This document shows positions 28,371 through 38,824 of a stretch of 64,000 nt of DNA, piece by piece (the stretch's first letter is position 1; every line of letters starts with the position of its first letter). Position numbers and translations under genes: made by a program. Below the pieces are notes generated by a model that did no database searches, had not been told where the DNA came from, and saw nothing but the letters and a program-made list of their open reading frames with translations. The DNA comes from Candidatus Helarchaeota archaeon (GTDB taxonomy: Archaea; Asgardarchaeota; Lokiarchaeia; Helarchaeales; RDOG01): NCBI GenBank assembly GCA_019058315.1, contig JAHPZH010000003.1:396451-460450 (forward strand). Reading direction: 5' to 3'.

Positions 28371-29495
28371 TTACTTAGAATATGCTTTTTCTAGTAATTC
28401 AAGATGTTTAATTGCAACTTCTTCTCTGATTTTTCTCTGGTTGAATTCCGTTCTGATTTTTTCTATAAGATATTCTGGAAAGAATAAATTTACATTGATA
28501 TTTGACAGTAGAAAAACCCATTCGTTATTTTTATTATCTGTTATCTTTGTAAGAATATTTTTCTCAATCAATTCATTAATAATATTTCTTAATTCTTCTC
28601 CTCCAACTTCTGGCCCCTTAGGGATTTTGTTTAATTTATAGAAATTATCAGTAAATAACTTAAAAACATCATATTTATCGGGATGTTTTAAAATCGAAGC
28701 TATTTTTAAACTATCATCTGTTGAAGGTAGATAACGTGAAAAGAATTCATTTACTTGTTTTAGATATAATTGAGCTACATCTGAAGATGGTCTGTTTTTC
28801 TTTGCAAATTCAATTATTTTTAAGGCAGGACCTCTTAATATTGAAAAATCATTTAATAAAAACAAAAATTGATCACGAAAACCTGCGATCCAATCTTCTT
28901 TAATAATTCCTGTTTGAATAAACGATTCAAGGGAAATATCGAGATTTGTTATAATTTGCTTCAGATTTTCTTCGAGATATATTTTTAATTCTTTTTTAGA
29001 AAGTGGGCTCTCTTGTAATTTTCCTAGAATCTGACGTCCTTTTGGACTGGAATAGATTTGAGCTATTTTCTGTTCTTTATTAAGATTTCCCAAACGTTTT
29101 AGAAAATCAAACATTTTGGCCAAATATTTATCAAGATCTTTATAAATTTCGAATTTTTGAGATGGGTTTTCATTTAGTTTATCTAAATACTGTAAGATAT
29201 TGTTATTAATGTCAGTAACAACATCTCCGAACATCTCTGGGTCTTCACCTAGCTCTAATATTAAATTTATCATATAGGGAACGGGTGATTCAATACCCGT
29301 AAAATGGCTACTAATGTTTGATTGTGCTTTCTCTAGACGAACAATTACATTTCCCTTCTCCCCAGTTCCAGTTATATGAGCATAAAAAACTCGCATCATA
29401 TCGTCAAGATCAATTTCTAGAGTTTCCGGGAATTTTTTATTTAAAACTAATCCTTCTTCCATTGTCCATTCTAAAATTGCAAAACCTTTTGGCAA
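28371..29495 (-). CDS. Longin/uDENN-like N-terminal domain plus probable winged-helix domains
   Basis: MPKGFAILEW.MEEG.VL..KFPE longin start; L.LELGEDP; IL..LQE.P.SK.EL...L and a second helix-turn-wing segment. Confidence 0.6.
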   Translation of the reverse strand: MPKGFAILEWTMEEGLVLNKKFPETLEIDLDDMMRVFYAHITGTGEKGNVIVRLEKAQSNISSHFTGIESPVPYMINLILELGEDPEMFGDVVTDINNNILQYLDKLNENPSQKFEIYKDLDKYLAKMFDFLKRLGNLNKEQKIAQIYSSPKGRQILGKLQESPLSKKELKIYLEENLKQIITNLDISLESFIQTGIIKEDWIAGFRDQFLFLLNDFSILRGPALKIIEFAKKNRPSSDVAQLYLKQVNEFFSRYLPSTDDSLKIASILKHPDKYDVFKLFTDNFYKLNKIPKGPEVGGEELRNIINELIEKNILTKITDNKNNEWVFLLSNINVNLFFPEYLIEKIRTEFNQRKIREEVAIKHLELLEKAYSK

Positions 29496-29512
29496 ATAAA
29501 TTAACTCCTTTA

Positions 29513-32500
29513 TTATTTCTTAAAAGAACTACTTTTTTCTTCTTTTAATGGCATATCTTTTAATATTTTTTCAAGATCAACGGTTTTTAATTGATTATAT
29601 AATTGTGAATTGATAATTAATTCTCTCTTTGAAGTTTGTATTGGTTTTTTTGCTTTTCTTTTTCTAATTTTCTTTTTGAGTTTTCTAATTTTCCGAATTA
29701 TCGGAGGATATCTAAAATATCCAAAATATGCTCCAAAAGAAATTAATAATACAGCAATAACGGCAATTAATAAATAAATTATAGGAGTCCAATCAGTAGC
29801 TGATGGATTAAATATAGGTATATTTTCTTTTTCCTCAATAATTGTTACATTAAGAATTGTTCGATTAATATAAAGGGTTATGTTATCAATTGAGAGTGTT
29901 AAATTATCCGTCAAAATAAAATTATCTGCAAGATTTACTTCTAATGAAAGTGAAATATTTTCATTTTTCACTAAAAGTGGAATGACATTAAATCCACCAG
30001 ATTTTGCATCCTCAAATGAAGTATTTGCACTTGTAAGTTTTATAGTTTCAGGATAAATATTATCATTAATAATAATTTTAAATTCTGAATTTGGAGATTT
30101 ATTTACTGGCCAAAGAGAATCAATTTTATATTGAAATGATAAATTAGCTTCATTTATTATGAAGTCCTTTTCATTGGCTGTTAAATTTTCACTAATTTGG
30201 CTCCAAGAACCCCGGGTATTTTGATCGATGTTTTTATCATATGAAAAAGTCAAATTTATTGCTTTTATATATGTGTAGGCCCATTCATCTACATCCCAAG
30301 CTTCATTATCTTCACACCAAAAATTGATACCCATGGTTATTGTAAAATTAAAACCGTCATTTTCTAAAACTGAAGATAGATAAAATATAAGATCTGATTC
30401 AGTAACATTATTCATAGGGGTGTCTGGAAGGTTTGTATCACCTTCATTAATATAGTTTGCTACTTCATATGTATAATTTCCACTAAGATCCGAAATTCTG
30501 ATGAAAAAATAAACATAATCACCTCTTCCTGTTTGACTTCCCTCATTGTAATCTTCGACATTTGTATTAGGACTAGCACTAATTAATGTTGATAATTCGG
30601 CAGATGTTATTGTATAGTCGCTTATATTGTTGGAGAGCGTTATATTTCTTTTCCAAATGACTCCTGGATCTTGACCTAATTGATCTCCTGCGTTTTCGTT
30701 CCAACTATGGTTTGCAAATGCACCATTACTATCAATCCAACAATAACCAATCTCAGTAGGTTCGATGGTTGTATCATTTGGGAATGTTGGATGGTCCGGA
30801 TCTCTCATCATAGTCCAATCACTAGCTAATGGAGGATTATTGATATAATTTTCATTCATATTCTTGCCTACTACTACATAATTGACATATCCAATGTCCT
30901 CAGTTAAATCTATATCAGATATATCCTCTGTTTTTGAATTGGTCCAATTTTGGGATATATTGAAATCAAAGAACGGATCTTTTATCCATTGTTTTATTTC
31001 TGTATAATCTTTAGTCTGAAGTCTAAAATCTGAAGGATTAGAACCACTTCCTTCATCATTAAAAATAGGAGTTGATATGGGAGATATATTGGAGGTTAAT
31101 AATGAAAATATCGCAAGAAATAGAATACAGAAAAATAAAAGCATCAACAGAATACTTTTTAGTTTATTTTTTGAGGAGCTGGCTTGTTTTTTTAATTGGC
31201 TTGATTCTTGAGCTGGTTTTTGTGAATATTTTTCGATTTTAAATGGTTCTAATTGTTTTTGAAGATTTGTTTGAACAATAGATTCTCTTTTAGAGACGGA
31301 GATTGGATTTTTTGCTTTTCTTTTTTTAATATTTTTCTTTAATTTTCTAATCTTACGAACAGTAGGAGGATATTTAAAATATCCTTGATAAGCTCCAAAA
31401 ACAACTAATAAACCAACAATTACTGTAATTAATAGATAAATTATTGGTGCCCAATCAGGACCTGGAGGAATATATATCGGAGGTAGTGCCTCGGGTGACT
31501 CGAAAATCGTTCGTGTAATGTATAATAATACATTATCAATGGATACTGTTAGATTATCTTCTAAAATAAAATTATCTGCTAAGTATATTTCTAATGAAAG
31601 CAAAATGCTTTTGTTTGCAATTATAAGATTTGTAACATCAAATCCACCACTTTTAGCATCTTGAAATGATAAATCTGCCTTCGATAGTTTTATCGTTTCT
31701 GAATGAGTAATATTATTTATAATAATTTGAATTTCTGAATTTGGAGAGCTATTTTCAGGCCATTCAGCATCTATTTTATATTCAAAATAGAGTTTAGCTT
31801 CATTTATTATGAATTTTCGACCATTTACAGTATCTGTGGTTTGTTTCCAAGAAGCATGGGTATTTTGATTAATCTTTTTTTCATAAGAAAATGTTAAATT
31901 AACTGATTTGATGCGGGCATAATACCATCTATCAGTATCTTGTGACCCAGGACCATTATCTTCACAAAAGAAATTTATTACTAAATATATACTAAAATCA
32001 TTTTCTTGTTCAAAAATCGAAGTTAAATAGAATTTGAGGTTTTCTTCAGGCACTGTATGCATGTAAGTGTCGGATAAGGTGGTATCATTATCATATTGAT
32101 AATATGCGATGTCGTAAACGCGTGTTGCATTAAGATCGGAGATCCTAACAAAGAATCGAACATGATCCCATGTATCTCCAGTTGGTGTTGGTAAACTTGT
32201 ATCATTAAGTCTATCAATATTTGAAGCTGCACTTACATTAAAAACAGAGGAAATAGATGCGGATGTAATTTTATAATCACTCATATTTACAGGAGCTGAT
32301 TCATTTCTTCTCCACATAACACCTGGATCTTGTCCTATATAATCTCCATCAGTCTCATCCCAACTATGATTTGCCATAGCACCAGCTGAATCAATAGTAA
32401 CAATATTGTCTGGATTTATTCCAGGATCTGTTTGATTAGGAAATAGCGGGAAGTCAGGGTCACGCATCATGACCCAATCAGTTTGATTTGGGGGATCATA

Positions 32501-32827
32501 AATATAATTAACAGTTCCTTTTTCTCCTATTATATTATAATTAATCCATCCCGGACCTTCTGTAAGATCCACATCATTAATATCTCCTGTTTTTGAAGTA
32601 TTCCAATATTGATTTATCGGAGAACTGAATGATGGATTTTTAATCCATTGTCCTGTTTCCTGATAGACTTTACTTTGAAGGTTAAAATCATCAATATTAA
32701 GTGGTTTAAATTGAATATAATTGTAATAATTATTAGATATTTGAAATAAATTGAAAGAGGAAAATAACATAAACGTGGAAATAAAGAATAGTGAGAGTAC
32801 CATTAGAAACGTTCTATTTTTCCGCAT
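29513..32827 (-). CDS. Four-TM cell-surface protein made of two tandem paralogous ectodomain modules
   Basis: Both halves share QWIK.P.F, W.MMRDPD.P.FPN, ANHSW.E..GD..GQDPGV.W.RN, F.CEDN, KSGGF.V, DW.PIIYLLI and YF.YPP..RKIRKLKK.I.KRKAK.PI. Confidence 0.88.
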   Translation of the reverse strand: MRKNRTFLMVLSLFFISTFMLFSSFNLFQISNNYYNYIQFKPLNIDDFNLQSKVYQETGQWIKNPSFSSPINQYWNTSKTGDINDVDLTEGPGWINYNIIGEKGTVNYIYDPPNQTDWVMMRDPDFPLFPNQTDPGINPDNIVTIDSAGAMANHSWDETDGDYIGQDPGVMWRRNESAPVNMSDYKITSASISSVFNVSAASNIDRLNDTSLPTPTGDTWDHVRFFVRISDLNATRVYDIAYYQYDNDTTLSDTYMHTVPEENLKFYLTSIFEQENDFSIYLVINFFCEDNGPGSQDTDRWYYARIKSVNLTFSYEKKINQNTHASWKQTTDTVNGRKFIINEAKLYFEYKIDAEWPENSSPNSEIQIIINNITHSETIKLSKADLSFQDAKSGGFDVTNLIIANKSILLSLEIYLADNFILEDNLTVSIDNVLLYITRTIFESPEALPPIYIPPGPDWAPIIYLLITVIVGLLVVFGAYQGYFKYPPTVRKIRKLKKNIKKRKAKNPISVSKRESIVQTNLQKQLEPFKIEKYSQKPAQESSQLKKQASSSKNKLKSILLMLLFFCILFLAIFSLLTSNISPISTPIFNDEGSGSNPSDFRLQTKDYTEIKQWIKDPFFDFNISQNWTNSKTEDISDIDLTEDIGYVNYVVVGKNMNENYINNPPLASDWTMMRDPDHPTFPNDTTIEPTEIGYCWIDSNGAFANHSWNENAGDQLGQDPGVIWKRNITLSNNISDYTITSAELSTLISASPNTNVEDYNEGSQTGRGDYVYFFIRISDLSGNYTYEVANYINEGDTNLPDTPMNNVTESDLIFYLSSVLENDGFNFTITMGINFWCEDNEAWDVDEWAYTYIKAINLTFSYDKNIDQNTRGSWSQISENLTANEKDFIINEANLSFQYKIDSLWPVNKSPNSEFKIIINDNIYPETIKLTSANTSFEDAKSGGFNVIPLLVKNENISLSLEVNLADNFILTDNLTLSIDNITLYINRTILNVTIIEEKENIPIFNPSATDWTPIIYLLIAVIAVLLISFGAYFGYFRYPPIIRKIRKLKKKIRKRKAKKPIQTSKRELIINSQLYNQLKTVDLEKILKDMPLKEEKSSSFKK

Positions 32828-32925
32828 TTAAAAACCTTTTATCCCAATAAACTTGAGTTTTTGGTAATAATCTATATTTAATTAATTATCCATATTTAAG
32901 ATTATATAATACATTTATTTTTTGT

Positions 32926-35067
32926 TTAAGTTTTTTCAATTAATTTATTAATCCAATCTATAATTTTATCTGATAATTCTTGTTTCATATTTTCTGGAAG
33001 TAAGGTATTTATTTTCTTTAAATCTCTGGCCCAAGAAGCGATTTTATGAAACGCCATGGAGAATCCCATCCGCTCTAATAAAGATTCTCGAATTTCATCT
33101 AAAGCTTCACCTATTATAAAGCCAGCACTTGTATTAATTTTGGATTTTACAAGATTAAAGTTTCTTGAAATAAATTCTGATGTGTCTTTTGAAGAGATTA
33201 GCTGAATTTTTTCAACATCACCACTTGGAAGTTCTGCTTCCGGTTCAGGGGCTGGCTTTAAACTTGGTTTAGATATACCTGGTGTTGGAGTTGTTTGTGC
33301 TGGTTTAGTTTTAATCGGTTTTACGGGGGCAGAAATGGATTCTACCTTTAAACTTGGCTTAGGTTCTAAAGTTTTAATTTCTTCAGCTTCTCGCATACTG
33401 GGAATTTTATGAGTAATTTTTTCGCTATTCATCCACACTTCTTCCAGCACGCCTGCAAACATTTTTATGTGTTCATCAAGAATGCTCCCCATACCAGCAA
33501 TCTCATAAGTGTCTAATCCTGGAGAAGCGGATATCACGCAAACCACAACTTCTTCAAAATCTTTATTAATTGCCCAAATATTTTGTCTGGTATAGTTTCT
33601 TATGGAAATATTGCCATGGCTAGCTACATCTTCATATAGTTCTCTATCTGTTGATGGATCTACCCATGTTGAAATCCTTATGTTAACGTGTCTTGGGAGC
33701 TTTTTCAGAGGAATAAAATCTATATCGTGTAATTTTGGAGATATAATATGGACACGCATTTTAGCTCTTGAAACAGAATCATTAATTTGCGCTTGCATCG
33801 CTTCCGCACTTCTAATGAACCAAACATCTTGAAAGGATAGAAGAGAAGCTCGCCGGGCTCGATCCCAAAATTCTTGCATAGTTTTTTCAGAAAGTTCCAG
33901 TTGTTGGAATATTCTTTTCAATATATCAGATTGTAGTGTTTCAAAAATCTCATCTTTAAAAACATTCTTTAACTCATCAAAAGTACCCAAGATATCACTA
34001 CGGACATCTGATAGTTTAGACTCTGTTTCTTTTAATGTATCTTCGAGATTTGTTGTAATTTCTCCAAAGGTTCCTTCAACAGAGGAACTTATTTCACTTG
34101 CAACATCAACTACAGAAAAAAGTCGTTCTTTTAACGTTTTTTCAACATTTTCTGTAATTTTTTCAAATGTGCCCTCAACAGAAGAGCCAATATCACCTGC
34201 AATATCAGCTACGGATAGGATTCTTTCCAAAACTTGGTCTAATGTTTTTTCAATATTATTAACAAACTTCTCCTCAAAGAATTCTTGAATAAATCCAAAT
34301 TCTTCTGAAATTATTTTTGATACAATTTTTTCAGCAAATGATTTTAAAGCACTAATTCTGAATTGTTTTTCAAATACTTGGGCGATTTTTACTTTAATAT
34401 TTTCAAGCCTTTCCTTAAATTGTATAAATTGTGCATTCAGTTCTGTTGAAACCGATCCTTTTAATTTGTTCATGAATTCATCAAACTCTTGTAATTTTTT
34501 AACTTCTTCAAGACCAGATTTCAGAGAACCCAATTGACTCATAACTTGATCTTTTAATGCGTCCATTAATTCATGGAATTCTTGTAATTTTTTAACTTCT
34601 TCAAGGCTAGATTGTAAAGAATTTAATTGTTTACTAATATTTTGAGGAAGTTCGGCTCTCAATTGCTTAAGATATTTTTGATATTCCTCAAGTTTACTTA
34701 CTTTCATAGTTTGACTTTCAAATGTCATAAATCTATTTTCAAGATCCTTTGGGGTTTTTACTTGCATATCCGATATCAATGTTTTAAATTGTGATATTTG
34801 CCCTAAAAGTGCAGAATAGGGAGGTAATGCTACATAATGTGGTGTTTTTCCTGGGACTTCCCTCAAAAGACCTTTAGAAAGTAAGTTATTAACTATTTTA
34901 TCTGCTTCCTCAAATTCAATATTTTGTATAATACAAATTTCACCCTTTGTTACAGTTCCACGACCAGTCATTTTAAAGTAGGTATCAATTTCTTGAGGGA
35001 TTAAGCCCAAAACACCTAATGCTTGTTTAGTTTTTTCGAATGCTGCTTCTTCTTTTTTAGATTCCAA
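32926..35067 (-). CDS. TrmB-like wHTH + long helical repeats + PLD-fold-like domain + Pro-rich linker + C-terminal helical domain
   Basis: LGL...EIDTY...L..KGLL.E.PG....Y.ALPP; AKMRVHIISP...IR.Y....WAI..D.EEV; helical repeats between. Confidence 0.72.
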   Translation of the reverse strand: MESKKEEAAFEKTKQALGVLGLIPQEIDTYFKMTGRGTVTKGEICIIQNIEFEEADKIVNNLLSKGLLREVPGKTPHYVALPPYSALLGQISQFKTLISDMQVKTPKDLENRFMTFESQTMKVSKLEEYQKYLKQLRAELPQNISKQLNSLQSSLEEVKKLQEFHELMDALKDQVMSQLGSLKSGLEEVKKLQEFDEFMNKLKGSVSTELNAQFIQFKERLENIKVKIAQVFEKQFRISALKSFAEKIVSKIISEEFGFIQEFFEEKFVNNIEKTLDQVLERILSVADIAGDIGSSVEGTFEKITENVEKTLKERLFSVVDVASEISSSVEGTFGEITTNLEDTLKETESKLSDVRSDILGTFDELKNVFKDEIFETLQSDILKRIFQQLELSEKTMQEFWDRARRASLLSFQDVWFIRSAEAMQAQINDSVSRAKMRVHIISPKLHDIDFIPLKKLPRHVNIRISTWVDPSTDRELYEDVASHGNISIRNYTRQNIWAINKDFEEVVVCVISASPGLDTYEIAGMGSILDEHIKMFAGVLEEVWMNSEKITHKIPSMREAEEIKTLEPKPSLKVESISAPVKPIKTKPAQTTPTPGISKPSLKPAPEPEAELPSGDVEKIQLISSKDTSEFISRNFNLVKSKINTSAGFIIGEALDEIRESLLERMGFSMAFHKIASWARDLKKINTLLPENMKQELSDKIIDWINKLIEKT

Positions 35068-35300
35068 TTCGTGTCCCCAAATTATATTATATTTAATTTT
35101 TCAATAAATAATTATGCCTATTTTACATCTTCAAGTTAAATAAGCATATAAAATATAATCAAAATTCAATTGTTTTTATTAAAAATTTAACCATATAATA
35201 TTCATTTTTTTATTATAAAAACAAAGTAACCTTTAAAATTTGAAAAATTTCTAAAGTGTGATTGTAATTATAATTTACTAATTTATAAGGTTGAGAAATA

Positions 35301-36059
35301 ATGGGTTTATTAGATAATAAAGTTGCTATCATTACCGCATCTGCAGGGGCAGGTATCGGTCAAGCTACTGTTAGATTAATGGCTAAAGAAGGAGCTAATG
35401 TTGTTGTGACAGATTTTCATGAAAGAAGGACGAATGAAGTTGCTGAAGGCTTAATCAAGGAATATGGAAAAAATAGAGTACTGGGAGTTCCTTGTGATGT
35501 TACAAATTCTAAAAATGTTAATGATATGGTAATGCAAGCATTAGATAAATTCGGGAGAATTGACATCTTAGTAAATAATGCCGGTAGAAATGTGCTAGCT
35601 AAAATTGAAGAAGTAACAGATGAACAATGGGATTTAGTAATGGATGTGAATTTAAAGGGTACTTTTCTTTGCACTAAAGCCGTTGTTCCAATAATGATTA
35701 AGCAGAAATTTGGAAGAATTATTAGTATAGCATCATATGAGGGGTTTACTGGAACCGAATTAGGTGAGGGTCCTTATGTTGCAAGTAAGTCCGGAATTAT
35801 GGGATTTACGAAAGCTCTAGCTCGCGAATTAGCACCTCATGGTATTAATGTTAATGCAATTGCTCCAGGAATTATTCCAAACCCCTTTCTAAAAAAAGTC
35901 TACGGAAGTCTACTTGATGATTTACCAGAAAGAGTCCCGATGGGCAGGGGAGGAAAACCCGAGGAGATTGCAGGAGCATGTGTATTTCTAGCAAGTGATT
36001 TGGGAAATTATGTTCAAGGGGAAACTCTTGTCGTATCAGGAGGGCTATATATTCATTAA
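35301..36059 (+). CDS. Short-chain dehydrogenase/reductase (FabG/IpdF-like 3-oxoacyl reductase)
   Basis: TASAGAGIG, NNAG, catalytic S and YVASK, VNAIAPG. Confidence 0.92.
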   Translation: MGLLDNKVAIITASAGAGIGQATVRLMAKEGANVVVTDFHERRTNEVAEGLIKEYGKNRVLGVPCDVTNSKNVNDMVMQALDKFGRIDILVNNAGRNVLAKIEEVTDEQWDLVMDVNLKGTFLCTKAVVPIMIKQKFGRIISIASYEGFTGTELGEGPYVASKSGIMGFTKALARELAPHGINVNAIAPGIIPNPFLKKVYGSLLDDLPERVPMGRGGKPEEIAGACVFLASDLGNYVQGETLVVSGGLYIH

Positions 36060-36068
36060 GGTGATATT

Positions 36069-36815
36069 ATGGAATTAGATAATAAAGTAGCAATATTAAT
36101 TGGGTTAAATGATGTTGGAATAGCTGTAGCAAAGGGTTTATTAAATGAGGGAGCTGCAGTTGCTGTTTCGGATACAGACCAAACAAAAATAGATATTATT
36201 GCAGAATATGCTAAATCAGTTAGTGGAAAAATTTTGGGAGTAATCTGTGATGTTACTAAAACCGAACAAGTCCAATCATTAATCCAAAAAACACTTGATA
36301 ATTTTAAAAAAATTGATATTTTAATTACTAATTTCTGGGATAGCAAATCGGTTCCTTTTATAGAGGTTACTGAAGAATTTTTCAGCGAACTTCTTGATAA
36401 GAATTTAAAATCGGCTTTTAGATGTGTTAGAGCTACTGTTCCTATTATGAAAAATGCAAAATATGGAAAGATAATCCATATACTGCCCTTGGTTGGCTAT
36501 ACTGGTTCTACTTTAAATGAAGTTCCTTTAAGCACTGCTTCAGCTGCATTAATGGGGCTAACTCGAGCTGTTGCTATGGAAGGTGCAAATGAAAAAATAA
36601 GAGTAAATGCAGTTGCAATTCCTTTAATTGACTCAAAGTCATTTCATGAAATATATACAGAAGATCTAGTTAAAAAAACAAAGGATAAAATACCATTAGG
36701 TGAAATTTGTCAACCAAAAGATGTTGTAGGACCTGTGATTTTTCTTGCATCAAATAGATCAGATTATATTACTGGAGAAATTATGATTATTTCAGGGGGA
36801 TCTTATACACAATAA
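36069..36815 (+). CDS. Degenerate SDR paralogue (probable pseudoenzyme)
   Basis: SDR scaffold (CDVT, IDIL, VNAV, YITGE...SGG) but GLNDVG replaces the Gly motif, TNF replaces NNAG, LSTAS replaces YxxxK. Confidence 0.82.
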   Translation: MELDNKVAILIGLNDVGIAVAKGLLNEGAAVAVSDTDQTKIDIIAEYAKSVSGKILGVICDVTKTEQVQSLIQKTLDNFKKIDILITNFWDSKSVPFIEVTEEFFSELLDKNLKSAFRCVRATVPIMKNAKYGKIIHILPLVGYTGSTLNEVPLSTASAALMGLTRAVAMEGANEKIRVNAVAIPLIDSKSFHEIYTEDLVKKTKDKIPLGEICQPKDVVGPVIFLASNRSDYITGEIMIISGGSYTQ

Positions 36816-36831
36816 TTTTTTTTTCAGGATT

Positions 36832-37224
36832 TTGTTCAATTTTTTAAAAAGATGTGATAAATTGTTAAAGATTTTTTTGAGTGGTAGTTTTAGAGAGAGA
36901 GAAAAAATAGCGGAATGGATGGAAAAATTAAACAATTTAAAAAATATAGAAATAATATATGATTGGACTAAACATGTTTGGGATGAAGATAGAAGAAAGT
37001 ATGCCGAAGAAAATTTGGTAGCTGTCAATGATTGCGATTGTTTTGTCTTTGACGTTGGTGAACAGGGAAGTTTGGGTAAAAGTATATTATTAGGAATTGC
37101 TATAGCGTTTGGAAAAGAAATTTTTGTAATTGGTAAATTTCCTGAAATTATTTTTGCTGAATTAATCGAAGATGATCATAAATTTGGTACTTTCAAAGAG
37201 TTTTATGAATTTATAAGTAGTTAG
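36832..37224 (+). CDS. Nucleoside 2-deoxyribosyltransferase-like protein (start probably a later TTG)
   Basis: KIFLSGSF, YDWT, NL.AV..CD, G...LLGIAIAFGK.IFV; the usual catalytic Glu (ExG) is not evident. Confidence 0.65.
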   Translation: MFNFLKRCDKLLKIFLSGSFREREKIAEWMEKLNNLKNIEIIYDWTKHVWDEDRRKYAEENLVAVNDCDCFVFDVGEQGSLGKSILLGIAIAFGKEIFVIGKFPEIIFAELIEDDHKFGTFKEFYEFISS

Positions 37225-37226
37225 GT

Positions 37227-37715
37227 TTAACCCTCTATTTCTTTGATAACACTCCCACAAAAGTCACACTCACAAGGGGGACTTTTTTTCAAGGGGGCTT
37301 TACAAGCAGGACACTTTGAAAGTATTAATTTCTTTTTGGTTTTAATCCTGAATTTTTTTATTCTATAACTTGGTTTTCTTCTATAACTAACATGAGTTTT
37401 AGTTGGATGTGAATATTGAAACTCTGTGATTGAAATTAGATATGAAAATATTGAAATAACTATACCAATAATTCCCCCACCAATTAAACCAAATCCACTA
37501 TCAGATTTTGGAATAAAAAATTCTCTATAAAAGAAATAATATTGTAATAAAAATTCATGTGGAAGATTTCCATTAGTGAATAAAATATATGCAATATTAT
37601 CTAATTCAGAAGTTTTTTTATTAATATCAGTCAATGTAATAATTCCGAAGATTAATAGAATAAAAAAAAGTGTTAAAAAAATTAAAAGAATAGTTCCTTT
37701 TTTATGCTTCGTCAC
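37227..37715 (-). CDS. Two-TM membrane protein with C-terminal double Zn ribbon
   Basis: Two hydrophobic segments; CPAC...C.CDFCG. Confidence 0.7.
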   Translation of the reverse strand: MTKHKKGTILLIFLTLFFILLIFGIITLTDINKKTSELDNIAYILFTNGNLPHEFLLQYYFFYREFFIPKSDSGFGLIGGGIIGIVISIFSYLISITEFQYSHPTKTHVSYRRKPSYRIKKFRIKTKKKLILSKCPACKAPLKKSPPCECDFCGSVIKEIEG

Positions 37716-37836
37716 TTTTTAATCCCTATGATTCTTCTCTAATAAACGCCTTCAAAAAATAATGTGATTTTAAAAAATCCATTTAATTTATTAATTTAGT
37801 TTATTTAAATTATTTTAAAATTTTCAATAAATTTTT

Positions 37837-38280
37837 TTGGTGAAGGAAGGAACAATGAAAAAACATTTTGTTGTTGCATTAACTAGTTATTTTGCTTCTT
37901 TAATCTGGTCAATTATGATTTTTATACTTTTATTGGAAAAAGATATACTTTTATTCGTAATAATTTATTTGCTTACGATTTTCCCTCTTTTACTCTGTGC
38001 AGCTGGATATACCTATAAATATGCTGGTCAAAATCATAATGCACAATGGTTTTACAAGCATTTTCTGCTTTATTTTATTGGATTTACAATCCCAATTTTT
38101 AATGTTATTTTATGTATAATTTATTTATTTGAATATCAAGATTTGGAAGAGGGAACACTGAGAACAATTGGATATTCAGGTTTATTTTTAATTTTGTTTA
38201 TAATTGCAGTAAGTTTAAGCTATCCAGAAATTCCCAGCCTTTATTTTATGGAGGTTTTTATTAATCCTTCTAAAAATTGA
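37837..38280 (+). CDS. Four-TM membrane protein
   Basis: Four hydrophobic segments. Confidence 0.6.
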   Translation: MVKEGTMKKHFVVALTSYFASLIWSIMIFILLLEKDILLFVIIYLLTIFPLLLCAAGYTYKYAGQNHNAQWFYKHFLLYFIGFTIPIFNVILCIIYLFEYQDLEEGTLRTIGYSGLFLILFIIAVSLSYPEIPSLYFMEVFINPSKN

Positions 38281-38482
38281 ATAATTTACTTGGTTCTCTA
38301 TTCAATAAATTCAATCTTTTTTTTCCTATTTTATTTTGTTGAAAAATTAGGAATGAAAAATAAAAAGAAATCATAGCAAATTGCCTTCTGTATAGCTTTT
38401 CTAAAAGTCAATATTTCATAAATATTTCCATAAAGTTTAAACAGACTAATAATTCAATTGAAATTACTAATGAGGTAATAAT

Positions 38483-38767
38483 ATGGAAGAAAAAAAACAA
38501 ATAGGATACCGTATTGTTGGTAAAATAAAAAGAGTCAAAGGACATTGTAACGCCGGTCATAAGAAAGGAGATACATTTGAACTTAGTGGACACAACACTG
38601 GAGGTCTTTGCGGGTTTTTTTACCATGATATTTTCCCATATATAATTATGCTTCAATTTGGTGGGTCATTTCCAAAGGATTGGGGCGGAAATCAAGATGT
38701 TGTTGAGCTAGAATGTATGGACAGATTTAATGCAGTTAAAATACAATTAAAGCGAATAAAAGAATAA
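38483..38767 (+). CDS. TIGR04076-family protein
   Basis: VKGHCNAGHKKGD.F, GLCG..YH.IFP....LQFGG.FP, CMD..N.V. Confidence 0.85.
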   Translation: MEEKKQIGYRIVGKIKRVKGHCNAGHKKGDTFELSGHNTGGLCGFFYHDIFPYIIMLQFGGSFPKDWGGNQDVVELECMDRFNAVKIQLKRIKE

Positions 38768-38824
38768 ATTCTCTTTTTTTATATTTTATATAAAAATCTG
38801 TCTTAAAATTGAAAATTATCTTAA

